This document shows positions 8,389 through 17,601 of a DNA stretch of 64,000 bases, piece by piece; position 1 is the stretch's first letter; each line of letters opens with the position of its first letter. Source of the stretch: Prosthecobacter sp. (GTDB taxonomy: Bacteria > Verrucomicrobiota > Verrucomicrobiia > Verrucomicrobiales > Verrucomicrobiaceae); contig NZ_JBIIKX010000019.1 in the NCBI RefSeq assembly GCF_044232965.1, positions 15,337-79,336 of the forward strand, read 5' to 3'. A program made the translations under genes and the position numbers. The notes under the pieces are model-generated. The model was not told the DNA's origin, did not search any database, and saw nothing but the letters and a program-made list of their open reading frames with translations.

Positions 8389-8625
8389 TTAAGCGGCAGG
8401 AGGGGCTTCGCCAGGAGCCAAAGGCGCTTTGGGCATGGTGAAGCGGAAGCGGATCTTGCCACGCTTGGCGGCGGCACGGGCCTTGCGGCGGGTGCGCTGG
8501 ATCGGAGTCTCGTGGGCGCGCAGGCGGCGGACTTCTTCAAGGATGCCGTCCATTTCGAGACGGGTTTTGAGACGCTTGAGAGCGCGGTCAACGGGTTCGC
8601 CTTTGCGGATTTGAACTTCGGTCAT
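8389..8625 (-). CDS. rpsU: 30S ribosomal protein S21
   Basis: MTEVQIRKGEPVDRALKRLKTRLEMDGILEEVRRLRAHETPIQRTRRK is a classic S21 sequence. Confidence 0.95.
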   Translation of the reverse strand: MTEVQIRKGEPVDRALKRLKTRLEMDGILEEVRRLRAHETPIQRTRRKARAAAKRGKIRFRFTMPKAPLAPGEAPPAA

Positions 8626-8704
8626 AAATCAGGTCTGGGGGTGGGGTGGGAAAAGGGCGGCAAGAGTAGGGGGAGGACGGCAGTCGTCAAATGGAATGTC
8701 GTGC

Positions 8705-9976
8705 TCAGGCCACGAGGGTCTGCTCACGGTCCGGGCCGACGCCGACGAGGCTGACGCGGGCACCGGTGAGCTCTTCGAGGCGCTTGAGGTAGGCTTTGGC
8801 GAGGGGGGGAAGGTCGGCGAACTTTTTGATGCCGCTGAGATCCTGTTTCCAGCCCTGGTGCGTTTCATAGACCGGCACGCAGGCGGCGAGGTCGGCGGCG
8901 GTGCTCGGCGGGTAGTGGATGGTCTTGCCCCGCAGGGTGTAAGCGGTGCAAATCTGCACGGTGTCCAGGCCGTCGAGGCCGTCGAGGTTGGTGATGGCGA
9001 GTTCATCCGCGCCGTTGATCATGACGGCATAGCGGACGAGGACGGAGTCCAGCCAGCCGCAGCGGCGGGCACGACCGGTGGTGGCGCCGAATTCGCGGCC
9101 CATGTTGTGCAGCATGTCGCCGATGTCCTCGTTTTCGGTGACGAAGGGACCGCTGCCGACGCGGGTGGTGTAGGCCTTGCCGACGGCGACGACTTTGTCG
9201 ATCATGCGCGGGGGAACGCCGGAACCGGTGCAGGCTCCGCCGGAGGTGGTATTCGACGAGGTGACGAAGGGGTAGGTGCCGTGGTCGATGTCGAGGTAAG
9301 TGCCCTGGGCTCCTTCAAAGAGGAGGTTTTTGCCGGCTTTGATGGCCTCGTGCAGATACACCGTGGTGTTGGTGATGTGCGGGGCGAGGGTTTTCGCGGC
9401 TTCGAGGATGATTTTGACGGTTTCTTCGACCGGGACGATTTCGACGCCGAGAGCTTCGAAGGTGGCGTTGTGACGGGCGAGGCGGTCGCGGAGTTCTTCT
9501 TCGAGAATCTCGGGCTGCGTCATCAAAATGGTGCGCAGGCCGTCGCGTTCGACTTTGTCAGCATAAGCGGGGCCGATGCCACGGCCGGTGGTGCCGATTT
9601 TCTTGTCGCCACGCTGAAGCTCACGCGCTTTGTCGAGTCCCTTGTGGTAGGGCATGACAAGATGGGCGGTTTCGCTGATGAGGAGATTCTCCGGTGTGAT
9701 GGTGACGCCCTGGCCGCGTAGCTTGGCCATTTCTTCCAGCAGGCCGATGGGGTCCATGACGACACCGTTGCCGATGACGCAGACCTTGCCCTTCCAGAGG
9801 ATGCCGGAGGGGATGAGGTGCAGGATATACTTGGTGCCGTTGCTGATGACGGTATGGCCGGCGTTGTTGCCACCGGCGGCACGGACGACGACGTCGGTGT
9901 TTTCGGTGAGGTAATCGACGATCTTACCTTTGCCTTCGTCGCCCCACTGGGCGCCGACAATGATGGTATTGGACAT
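8705..9976 (-). CDS. purA: Adenylosuccinate synthase
   Basis: The product is 423 aa and begins VGAQWGDEGKGKIVDYL (P-loop), followed by GGNNAGHTV and TTGRGIGPAY motifs. Confidence 0.97.
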   Translation of the reverse strand: MSNTIIVGAQWGDEGKGKIVDYLTENTDVVVRAAGGNNAGHTVISNGTKYILHLIPSGILWKGKVCVIGNGVVMDPIGLLEEMAKLRGQGVTITPENLLISETAHLVMPYHKGLDKARELQRGDKKIGTTGRGIGPAYADKVERDGLRTILMTQPEILEEELRDRLARHNATFEALGVEIVPVEETVKIILEAAKTLAPHITNTTVYLHEAIKAGKNLLFEGAQGTYLDIDHGTYPFVTSSNTTSGGACTGSGVPPRMIDKVVAVGKAYTTRVGSGPFVTENEDIGDMLHNMGREFGATTGRARRCGWLDSVLVRYAVMINGADELAITNLDGLDGLDTVQICTAYTLRGKTIHYPPSTAADLAACVPVYETHQGWKQDLSGIKKFADLPPLAKAYLKRLEELTGARVSLVGVGPDREQTLVA

Positions 9977-10122
9977 GGGATTTTTCTTTGCTGGGGGCGG
10001 CGTCAGGCCGCAGGGGGGGTTGTTTGAAGACGCGCAAGGGGCACCGTCACAGCCGGTCAGGGCCGCAGGATGGCTTCGTCAGAACGAAGCCGGGTGCCGC
10101 GAGACGCGAGCGGAGTCGGTTA

Positions 10123-10626
10123 TCAGGAGGCTCCCATTTGCATGGCGAAGTAAACAGCCGCTCCACAGGCCGCCAAGGCGACGACGCCGAGCAGAGTGAG
10201 TAGGCCGCCCCCCGAACTTTTTTCCTTCACCTTGGGGCCGAAGCCGCGGCGGAGGCTGCGGTCATAGGGCTGTGCGCCATAACCAGCAGAGGAAGGAGTG
10301 GAAACGGTCATGGTCGGGGCGGAATAGGCCGCCTCCTCGCCATCACCGACGAAAACACAGTCCACATTGCCGAGCTGGAAGGAGCTGCCTGAGGCAAGGG
10401 CGATGTTTTCCACACGCGCGCCGCCGACTTTGGTGCCGTTGGTGGAGCCGAGGTCGGTGAGTGTCCAGGAACTGCCGTCGAAAGACACCTCGCCGTGATG
10501 GCTGGAAACGGAGTCGTCAGAGATGACGAGCATGTTGTCATCAGCACGGCCCAGGGACATGCGTTCGGCATCGAGTTCGAGGACGCCGGAGGCGCCTGCG
10601 GGAGTGGTGAATTGAATTCGGGGCAT
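10123..10626 (-). CDS. FHA domain protein with a C-terminal transmembrane anchor
   Basis: The FHA core is LGRADDNMLVISDDSVSSHHGEVSF...LTDLGSTNGTKVGG. The C-terminal hydrophobic segment is LLTLLGVVALAACGAAVYFAM. Confidence 0.85.
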   Translation of the reverse strand: MPRIQFTTPAGASGVLELDAERMSLGRADDNMLVISDDSVSSHHGEVSFDGSSWTLTDLGSTNGTKVGGARVENIALASGSSFQLGNVDCVFVGDGEEAAYSAPTMTVSTPSSAGYGAQPYDRSLRRGFGPKVKEKSSGGGLLTLLGVVALAACGAAVYFAMQMGAS

Positions 10627-10688
10627 AACGGGGCAGTTCTAGCAGGCCGGGACAAAAGTGGCAAGAGCGAGTTCTTGGGCAGGCGGGC

Positions 10689-11189
10689 TTGCGCGGGCGG
10701 GGGTTCTCGCTAGGGAGGCAGGAAACCATCCCCGCCCACTCTGTGACCCAAGTTTTTGAAATCCTCGGCAAGTTCGACACCGACAGCGACTGCCACAAGC
10801 TGCTCTACGCCCCGCACCCGCTGCCACTGAAGTACCGCGAGGGACGGGTGTACAAGATCGACTTCGAGGGGGACGAGGCGGCGCTGAACGCTTTTGTGCA
10901 GCGTGTTTTGATCGACCCGATCAGCCAGGAGGCGCGCACCGGCGGCCAGCCTGCCTTTGAAAAAGCGTCTTTTGTGCTGGAATACGGCATGAAAGGCGCG
11001 GCGCTCGATCTGGAGAAGGAGATGATCCTCAACTACTACCGCAGTACGCCGAATCCCGGTTTTGAACTCAAAAAACTCACCCTGCGCACCCGCATTTATG
11101 TGTTTGGCGAAGGGGCCGAGCCGGGACAGTTCGTGCGTGATATTGTGAATCCGGCGATTCACACGCACGAGGTGCTCAAGGCCGCTTGA
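10689..11189 (+). CDS. Hypothetical protein with two PurS-like half-repeats
   Basis: Two segments end in ...FVQRVLIDPISQE and ...FVRDIVNPAIHTHEV, resembling the PurS C-terminal motif (LLANPVIE as I recall it). The start is uncertain; an in-frame GTG at 10743 is an alternative. Confidence 0.5.
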   Translation: MRGRGFSLGRQETIPAHSVTQVFEILGKFDTDSDCHKLLYAPHPLPLKYREGRVYKIDFEGDEAALNAFVQRVLIDPISQEARTGGQPAFEKASFVLEYGMKGAALDLEKEMILNYYRSTPNPGFELKKLTLRTRIYVFGEGAEPGQFVRDIVNPAIHTHEVLKAA

Positions 11190-11245
11190 TCAATCAAAGC
11201 GGGGCAAGATAGCAGCGGCAGGCGAGTGGCGTTGTGTGACGCGCC

Positions 11246-12418
11246 ATGAATCCGACCACCACCCACCGACTCCTTTCCCTCGACGCGTTTCGAGGTTTCA
11301 TCATGCTGCTCATGGCCTCCTCCGGGCTGGGCATCGCGCAGATGGCGGCGGCACATCCGGGGTCGTTTTGGGAGATGATCAAGCCGCAGTTCGAGCACAA
11401 GGCATGGCAGGGCTGCTCGTTGTGGGATATCATCCAGCCGAGCTTCATTTTCATGGTGGGAGTGGCGGTGCCTCTGTCATGCGCGAAACGGCGGGAGCAC
11501 GGTCAGAGCTTCCTCGGCATGGCCTGGCATGCGCTGACACGTTCCGTCCTTTTGGTGGCGCTGGGTGTGATGCTGGCCACGAAGGCCACGGACAAGCAGA
11601 CGGTGTTTCTCTTCACCAACGTGCTGGCACAGATCGGCCTCGGTTATTTCTTTCTCTTCATTCTCTCGCGCCTCGGCTGGGAATACATGGTGGCGGGCAT
11701 CATTCTGGTGCTGGCGGGGTACACCTGGTTCTTCATCCAGCATCCCTTGCCTTCAGCGCAGGATCTCGCGGCCATCGCGGGCATGAAGGACGCGGAGAAT
11801 GCGGTGTTGCAGGGCTTCTCCGGCCACTGGAGCATTCATGTCAACGCGGCGGCGGGCTTTGACCGCTGGTTCCTCAATCTGCTGCCACGCGCCGAACCTT
11901 ACACCTTCACCAACGGCGGCTATCAGACGCTGAACTTCATCCCCGCACTCGCCACCATGCTGGGCGGCGCTGTCACAGGCGATTTCCTCATGCGCAGCCT
12001 GAAAACGGAAAAGCGCAAGTGCGCCACACTGATCATCGCGGGCGTGGTGCTGCTGCTGGTCGGCACGATTCTGGACATCACCGTGCTCCCGGCGGTGAAA
12101 CGCATCTGGTCGCCGTCCTGGGCTATTCTCAGCGGCGGCTGGGTGCTCATCCTGCTCTCGATCTTTTACTGGCTCGTGGAGATCGTGGGCATGCGGCGGT
12201 TAGTGTGGCCGCTGGCCGTCGTCGGCATGAACAGCATCGCGATCTACCTGCTGCACAGCTTGTGCGGTGGATGGATTCGCGACCATTTGCACAAGCATCT
12301 GCCCGCTTCTGCTTTTGTCCCCGGCTGGGAGCCGGTGATTGAGCGTAGCGGCGTTTTGTTTGTCCTTTGGCTTGTGTGTTTCTGGCTGTATCGGCAAAAA
12401 GCCTTCCTCAAACTGTGA
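11246..12418 (+). CDS. DUF5009/DUF1624 (heparan-alpha-glucosaminide N-acetyltransferase-like) membrane acyltransferase
   Basis: The N-terminal RLLSLDAFRGFIMLLM motif and a polytopic, roughly 10-11 TM profile over 390 aa support the call. Confidence 0.8.
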   Translation: MNPTTTHRLLSLDAFRGFIMLLMASSGLGIAQMAAAHPGSFWEMIKPQFEHKAWQGCSLWDIIQPSFIFMVGVAVPLSCAKRREHGQSFLGMAWHALTRSVLLVALGVMLATKATDKQTVFLFTNVLAQIGLGYFFLFILSRLGWEYMVAGIILVLAGYTWFFIQHPLPSAQDLAAIAGMKDAENAVLQGFSGHWSIHVNAAAGFDRWFLNLLPRAEPYTFTNGGYQTLNFIPALATMLGGAVTGDFLMRSLKTEKRKCATLIIAGVVLLLVGTILDITVLPAVKRIWSPSWAILSGGWVLILLSIFYWLVEIVGMRRLVWPLAVVGMNSIAIYLLHSLCGGWIRDHLHKHLPASAFVPGWEPVIERSGVLFVLWLVCFWLYRQKAFLKL

Positions 12419-12885
12419 TCCCGCGTTTTTTTCTTTTTCTCATCGTTCTCATCGCCGCTTGTCAGGGCGGACCCGACAAATCAGGTTCGGCGCGTGATTC
12501 GAAGGAGGAGGAGCGCCTGCACAAGGCGGGCCTCGTGCTCGTCCCCGACCTCCAGCGTGCCAGCGCGTGGGAAAAGCTCATCCATTCCGACATGGGCGTG
12601 CCTGCTCGCAAAATCGAAGTGAAGGCCGGGCCCGGTCTCACCACCATCATCATCCGTGAATTGAAGAACCGTGCCGATGCCGAGGGGGTGGCCAAGGGGC
12701 TGCGTGACTACGCGGAGAAAAACCAGGCAAAATACGGTCCTACCAAGGTCGAGATCAGCCTGAATAACGTCGCGCCCACCATCAATCCGTTCGATTTGCC
12801 CACGGAAGGCAGTCCGGCGCTTGTCAGTCCGGGATCGGCTCTCCCAACGCTCTCATTACCGCCTCTCCCGCTCGACGGCCGCTGA
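12415..12885 (+). CDS. Lipoprotein, function unknown
   Basis: A GTG at 12415 overlaps the upstream stop and gives VIPRFFLFLIVLIAAC (lipobox LIAAC). The 3' end overlaps the convergent oxidoreductase gene by 62 nt. Confidence 0.55.
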   Translation: MIPRFFLFLIVLIAACQGGPDKSGSARDSKEEERLHKAGLVLVPDLQRASAWEKLIHSDMGVPARKIEVKAGPGLTTIIIRELKNRADAEGVAKGLRDYAEKNQAKYGPTKVEISLNNVAPTINPFDLPTEGSPALVSPGSALPTLSLPPLPLDGR

Positions 12886-14095
12886 TCAATGCTCCGTTGA
12901 TGGAGACATCCTCGCACCAGTCTCCGCAGCGGTACAATCCCCGCTCGATCACGGCAGTGAGTGGTCCCCCCCCGAGCTTCAATTGTCGCGCTTCCGGCTG
13001 CGCATGGCGGATCTGGTAGGTGCGCAGATGCCGCCACTTTGAGACGACTTTGTCGCCAAACCAGCGCCTCATCTGCTCCCGCACGACTTGCTCCAGCTCC
13101 GTGCTGGAGGGTGATCCGATGATGGCAGCCGAGATGAGATGCTGCCCCGGCGGCGCGTAGTGCGGGGAAATTCGCGAGAGAAACGTGACGCTGTTAACCG
13201 GGCCGCGTCCATCACCGTCGAGGTGCAGGATGGGATCACCCGGTGGCAGGTCATCGGTGGCGAAGTAAAGACTCGTCGTCGAACGGCTTGGCAGCGGGGC
13301 AGGCGCGCCTGTTTGCGGCAGCAGCCGATGCGCCACCTCCTCGCTCACGGCGATGATGACGTGGTCCGCGTGCAGCACCTCGCCGCTGTCCAGCGTGACC
13401 TCACCGGCGCGGACGGCTGACACAGGCGCGTTCAGCCGCAGGCTGCCCGGAGGCAGGGCCACGGCGAGCTGGTTGGGGATCGACTGCATGCCGTGCGCGG
13501 GCAGGGCGCTGCCGCCACGGTCAAACATGGCGAACAAAAAATGCAGCATCGCTGCGCTGGTGCGGAGGTCTTTCTCCAAAAAGATGCCGCCGAAGAAGGG
13601 GCGGAAAAAGCGGTCGATCATGCTCTCCGAGAAGCCAAAATCGCGCAGGTAGTCTTCACTTTCGGTGTCGCCCAGATCACGCGGCGGCTCGCGCAGGCCG
13701 AAGACCTCCTTGCGAAACAGCAGCGTGGTCCATTTGTCTCGCAGGGTCACGATCTCATCGCGGAAATTCTTCATCGCCGTCAGCGGATGAGCCAGCGGAT
13801 CGGCCATGCGATGAAAGCGGTTCTTCACAAACACATCCGCGCCCCGGTAAATCGGGCGCAGGTCGAGTTCGTCGTAGTCCAGCACGCGCCTTGCCTCGGG
13901 ATAGGCCGGCAAAAAGACCTGGAAGCCGCGGTCCAGCAGAAAGCCATCGACCACATCGGTGCGCACGCGTCCGCCGACGGCGTTGGAGGCTTCCAATATC
14001 GTGAACTCTCTGCCTCCCGCGGCCAGGACACGAGCGCACGCCAGCCCCGCGAGGCCGGCACCGACAATCACAATCCTGGACTGCTGATCACTCAT
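12824..14095 (-). CDS. NAD(P)/FAD-dependent oxidoreductase (amine-oxidase / desaturase-like fold)
   Basis: An internal ATG at 14093-14095 gives MSDQQSRIVIVGAGLAGLACARVLAAGGREFTILEASNAVGGRVRTD, a GxGxxG dinucleotide-binding motif. Confidence 0.88.
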   Translation of the reverse strand: MSDQQSRIVIVGAGLAGLACARVLAAGGREFTILEASNAVGGRVRTDVVDGFLLDRGFQVFLPAYPEARRVLDYDELDLRPIYRGADVFVKNRFHRMADPLAHPLTAMKNFRDEIVTLRDKWTTLLFRKEVFGLREPPRDLGDTESEDYLRDFGFSESMIDRFFRPFFGGIFLEKDLRTSAAMLHFLFAMFDRGGSALPAHGMQSIPNQLAVALPPGSLRLNAPVSAVRAGEVTLDSGEVLHADHVIIAVSEEVAHRLLPQTGAPAPLPSRSTTSLYFATDDLPPGDPILHLDGDGRGPVNSVTFLSRISPHYAPPGQHLISAAIIGSPSSTELEQVVREQMRRWFGDKVVSKWRHLRTYQIRHAQPEARQLKLGGGPLTAVIERGLYRCGDWCEDVSINGALISGRRAGEAVMRALGEPIPD

Positions 14096-14168
14096 CCCAA
14101 ATTCCGTGCCTGCATCATGGACATGGCTTTTGCCTTTGCAAGCGCGGGAGCCGCAGGCAGCATGCGGC

Positions 14169-15053
14169 ATGCCAGTCCCACGCATCCTCATCCTCGGCTC
14201 CAACGGCGGGCTGGGGCGTGCTCTGGTCCGCAAACTGGTACCCAAGCACGAAGTCACAGCCTGGACGCGTGCCGACCTCGACTTCGAGCAGCCTGAAGCC
14301 ATCGCTGACAACCTGGCTCGCTGCGAGTTTGACGTGCTTCTCAATCCTGCGGGGATGACCAGCCCGGACGTGTGTGAATCACAGCCAGAGAAAGCACATC
14401 TCGCCAACGTGACCGGCCCGCAAGTGCTCGCGCAGTGCTGTCATGAACGTGGCGCACGGCTGATTCACTTCAGCACCGATCATGTGTTTAGCGGTGAGTC
14501 CTCTGCCGTTTTGCTGGAGGATGATGCCACATCGCCGATCAATGTTTATGGTCGTGCAAAGAGAGAGGGGGAGTTGGTGATCTTGAAGACATGTCCGAGC
14601 GCTCTGGTGGCCCGTGTTTCCTGGCTGTTCGGCCCGGACAAGCCGAGCCATCCCGATCACATCATCGCCCGTGCGCAGCAAACCGACGATCTCACCGCCG
14701 TGGCAGACAAAATGTCCATCCCCACGAGCACAGCGGACATCTCCGACTGGATTGAGCGCATCATCCACCATCACCCCAAGGCAAACGGGGTGCTGCATAT
14801 GTGCAACTCAGGCGCGGCCTCATGGCATTCCTGGAGCGAGGTGACGCTTGAGATCGCCGAACGGCTTGGTCTGCCAGTCAAAACAACGAGAGTGTCTCCC
14901 ATTAAGCTTGCCGAACTCACGCAGTTCAAGGCCCGACGGCCTTTGAGCACGGTGATGAGCAATCAGCGGCTGCAAAACCTCCTCGGCATCGAGATTCGCC
15001 ATTGGAGCGCTGCCCTTGAAGACTATCTCGTGGAAAAATATCAGCCGAGATGA
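14169..15053 (+). CDS. rfbD: dTDP-4-dehydrorhamnose reductase-like SDR (RmlD family)
   Basis: It has RILILGSNGGLGRAL at the N-terminus, then STDHVFSG and YGRAKREGE (YxxxK). The length is about 294 aa from the ATG at 14169. Confidence 0.75.
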   Translation: MPVPRILILGSNGGLGRALVRKLVPKHEVTAWTRADLDFEQPEAIADNLARCEFDVLLNPAGMTSPDVCESQPEKAHLANVTGPQVLAQCCHERGARLIHFSTDHVFSGESSAVLLEDDATSPINVYGRAKREGELVILKTCPSALVARVSWLFGPDKPSHPDHIIARAQQTDDLTAVADKMSIPTSTADISDWIERIIHHHPKANGVLHMCNSGAASWHSWSEVTLEIAERLGLPVKTTRVSPIKLAELTQFKARRPLSTVMSNQRLQNLLGIEIRHWSAALEDYLVEKYQPR

Positions 15054-15790
15054 ATTCCAATCCCGTCATGACACGCTGCGAGATCTTGCACGAGGATCGT
15101 TTCCTTCTCGTGGTGAACAAACCGCACGGAGTGCTCTCACATCCGAACCCGAAGACCGCCAAACCGCAGCCCGCGGCTTTTGAGGGACGTTACGACGCGA
15201 ACAGCCGTTGTTTCAGCAGCCCTGCCGGAAAAGTCTGGCTCATCCATCGCCTCGATCAGGACACGTCCGGCGTGCTGCTGGCCGCGAAGGACGAAAAAAC
15301 CGCCGCCGCATGCCGGGAGGCGTTTGAAGCGGAGACGGTGCGAAAAACTTATCTCGCGCTTTGTGCCGGTGGTGGTTTGAAACCCGAAGGCGCCTGGCTG
15401 GATCACCTCATCACGGCGCACGAACGCCATCAGGTGCGCACCACCGTGCGGCATGGTCCGCGACCGAACGCGGAGGCGCGTTTTCGTTTGATTGAGTATT
15501 CGGCGGCACAGCGCCTCTCGCTCATCGAGATCGAGCTGATCACAGGCAAAACGCATCAAATTCGCGTCCAGGCTGCCTCACGACGGCTGCCGCTCGTCGG
15601 TGATGACGTGTATGGCTCCTTCGATCTGAACCGCAAACTGCGCCAGAGCATTGGTGCGCGCCGTTTGTTTCTGCAAGCGCACGAGCTGCGCCTCAAACAT
15701 CCGGCCTCTGGCCAGATGCTGAGTGTGAAAGCGCCGCTGCCGCCAGATTTGATTTCAGTTCTGGAAGCAGCAGGTTTGAAGTCAGTTTAA
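15050..15790 (+). CDS. RluA-family pseudouridine synthase
   Basis: It has HRLDQDTSGVLLAAK (catalytic Asp motif) and GKTHQIRVQ. Confidence 0.9.
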   Translation: MNSNPVMTRCEILHEDRFLLVVNKPHGVLSHPNPKTAKPQPAAFEGRYDANSRCFSSPAGKVWLIHRLDQDTSGVLLAAKDEKTAAACREAFEAETVRKTYLALCAGGGLKPEGAWLDHLITAHERHQVRTTVRHGPRPNAEARFRLIEYSAAQRLSLIEIELITGKTHQIRVQAASRRLPLVGDDVYGSFDLNRKLRQSIGARRLFLQAHELRLKHPASGQMLSVKAPLPPDLISVLEAAGLKSV

Positions 15791-17352
15791 GCCGCCTTGC
15801 GGGACAGGAAATACTCGATGCCATCCACGAGGGCTCTCCAGCTTGCGTCGATGATGTTGCAACTCACACCGACGGTGCTCCAGGTGGCATTGCCATCGGT
15901 GCTGGTGATGAGCACGCGGGTTTTTGCCGCCGTGCCGCTGCCACCGTCGATGATGCGCACCTTGTAATCGGCCAGGCGCATGTTTTTCAAGGCCGGGAAG
16001 AAGGGCAGGAGGGCTTTGCGCAGCGCGTTGTCGAGCGCGTTCACCGGTCCGTCGCCTTCGTCGGCGGTGTAAACACGCTCGCCGTTGATTTCGATCTTCA
16101 CCGTGGCCTCGCAGGTCTCAAAGCCGTGCTCGCCGCCGTGGAAACGGTGCGTGGAGTGGTATTCGATGAGATTGAAGACCGGCTTGTGCTGGCCGATCTG
16201 CTTGCGGATGAGCATTTCAAACGAAGCCTCGGCGGCCTCAAACTCGCAGCCCTCGCTTTCGAGGCGCTTCACCTCGGAAAGGATGGCCTGCACTTCCGGC
16301 GCTCCCTTGGCAAACTTGAAGCCCATGCCTTCGGCCTTTACCAGCACGTTCGACTGGCCGGACATGTCCGAGATGCTGATGATGCGCTGATTGCCGACGA
16401 GCGCGGGATCGACGTGCTCGTAGGTGCGGGCGAGTTTCTGCACCGCATGCACATGCAGGCCGCCTTTGTGCGTGAACGCGGCGAGGCCGACATAGGGCGC
16501 ACGGATGTCGTGCGGCACGTTGGCGAGCTCGTTCACGAACTGCGCCAGCTCGCGCAAGCGTGTGAGATCGAGACCGAGCTGGATGCCCATCTTGATCTGG
16601 AGCGCGGGCATGATGGTCGTGAGGTTGCAGTTCCCCACGCGTTCGCCGTAGCCGTTGATCGTTCCCTGCACCTGATTGGCTCCGGCGCGCACGGCAGCCA
16701 GAGCATTGGCCACGCCAACGCCGCCGTCATTGTGGGTGTGGATGCCGACTGGACGACCGAGATGGGCGATGACCTTGCGAGTTGTCTCTTCAACGAACTC
16801 GGGCAACGCGCCGCCGTTCGTCTCACATAGCACGATCAGATCCGCACCGGCATCCTGTGCGGCTTTGACCGTTTTGAGCGAGTACTCAGGGTCTTCCTTG
16901 AAGCTGTCGAAGAAATGCTCGGCATCGTAGAGCACCTCGCGGCCATGTTGTTTCAAATAGGCCACGGTGTCGGCGATCATCGCCAGGTTTTCCTCCAAGG
17001 TGACCTGGAAGACCTCGGTGACGTGCAGCGCCCAGGTCTTGCCCACGACGGTGACGGCGGGCGTCTTCGCATCGAGCAGCATTTTGACCTGCGGATCGTC
17101 CTCCACCTTCATCTTGCCACGGCGGGTCATGCCGAAGGCGGTGATCTTCGCGGTTTTCCAGGTGCGTTTGGCGGCTTCTTCAAAGAAAGCCGCGTCCTTG
17201 GGGTTGGAGCCGGGCCAGCCGCCCTCGATGTAGTGGACGCCGAAGTCGTCGAGCTTTTCAGCCACGCGGATCTTGTCGAGCGTGCTGAAGGAGATGCCGG
17301 TGCCTTGCGTGCCGTCACGCAGGGTGGTGTCATAGATGGTCACTGGGGTCAT
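15787..17352 (-). CDS. cimA: Citramalate synthase (CimA clade of the LeuA/HMGL-like family)
   Basis: It has MTPVTIYDTTLRDGTQGTGISFSTLDKIRVAEKLDDFGVHYIEGGWPGSNPKD and a C-terminal LeuA-dimer regulatory domain. The product is about 521 aa from the ATG at 17350-17352. Confidence 0.85.
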   Translation of the reverse strand: MTPVTIYDTTLRDGTQGTGISFSTLDKIRVAEKLDDFGVHYIEGGWPGSNPKDAAFFEEAAKRTWKTAKITAFGMTRRGKMKVEDDPQVKMLLDAKTPAVTVVGKTWALHVTEVFQVTLEENLAMIADTVAYLKQHGREVLYDAEHFFDSFKEDPEYSLKTVKAAQDAGADLIVLCETNGGALPEFVEETTRKVIAHLGRPVGIHTHNDGGVGVANALAAVRAGANQVQGTINGYGERVGNCNLTTIMPALQIKMGIQLGLDLTRLRELAQFVNELANVPHDIRAPYVGLAAFTHKGGLHVHAVQKLARTYEHVDPALVGNQRIISISDMSGQSNVLVKAEGMGFKFAKGAPEVQAILSEVKRLESEGCEFEAAEASFEMLIRKQIGQHKPVFNLIEYHSTHRFHGGEHGFETCEATVKIEINGERVYTADEGDGPVNALDNALRKALLPFFPALKNMRLADYKVRIIDGGSGTAAKTRVLITSTDGNATWSTVGVSCNIIDASWRALVDGIEYFLSRKAA

Positions 17353-17476
17353 GGTAAAAATAATCAGATGGAAACAGGACAAGCCAGAAGGGGGGAGAGC
17401 GGACGCGTGGGGCGTGCTGGTTGTCCAGTGGGCACGCTTGCCAGATCAAAACATCAAACGGACTGCCCCGGCCGCG

Positions 17477-17539
17477 TCACGCGCAGAGGAGTCCGCTGAT
17501 AATTCGGATGATCTGAAAGCTGTTGGTTGGGTTTCCCAT
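17477..17539 (-). promoter_or_regulatory. Candidate Ile-rich leader peptide ORF (20 codons) in the 249-nt cimA 5' region
   Basis: Own translation gives ATG GGA AAC CCA ACC AAC AGC TTT CAG ATC ATC CGA ATT ATC AGC GGA CTC CTC TGC GCG TGA, which is MGNPTNSFQIIRIISGLLCA. There are four Ile codons within six positions. It ends 125 nt upstream of cimA. Confidence 0.3.
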
Positions 17540-17601
17540 GAACGGCGCAAGGCTTAGCCTCACTCCTCCCGGATGGCAAAGGGAAGTTTTTGCCCGGCTG
17601 C

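Noticed and set aside
7815-8591. 258-aa version of the His-rich protein ORF
   Set aside because: The N-terminal 114 codons run through the rpsU terminator and the rpsU gene in another frame. The internal ATG at 8249 gives a sensible signal peptide.
12367-12414. Upstream ATG (12367) for the lipoprotein ORF
   Set aside because: It lies inside the 3' end of the DUF5009 gene in another frame. The GTG at 12415 overlaps that gene's stop and yields a standard lipoprotein signal.
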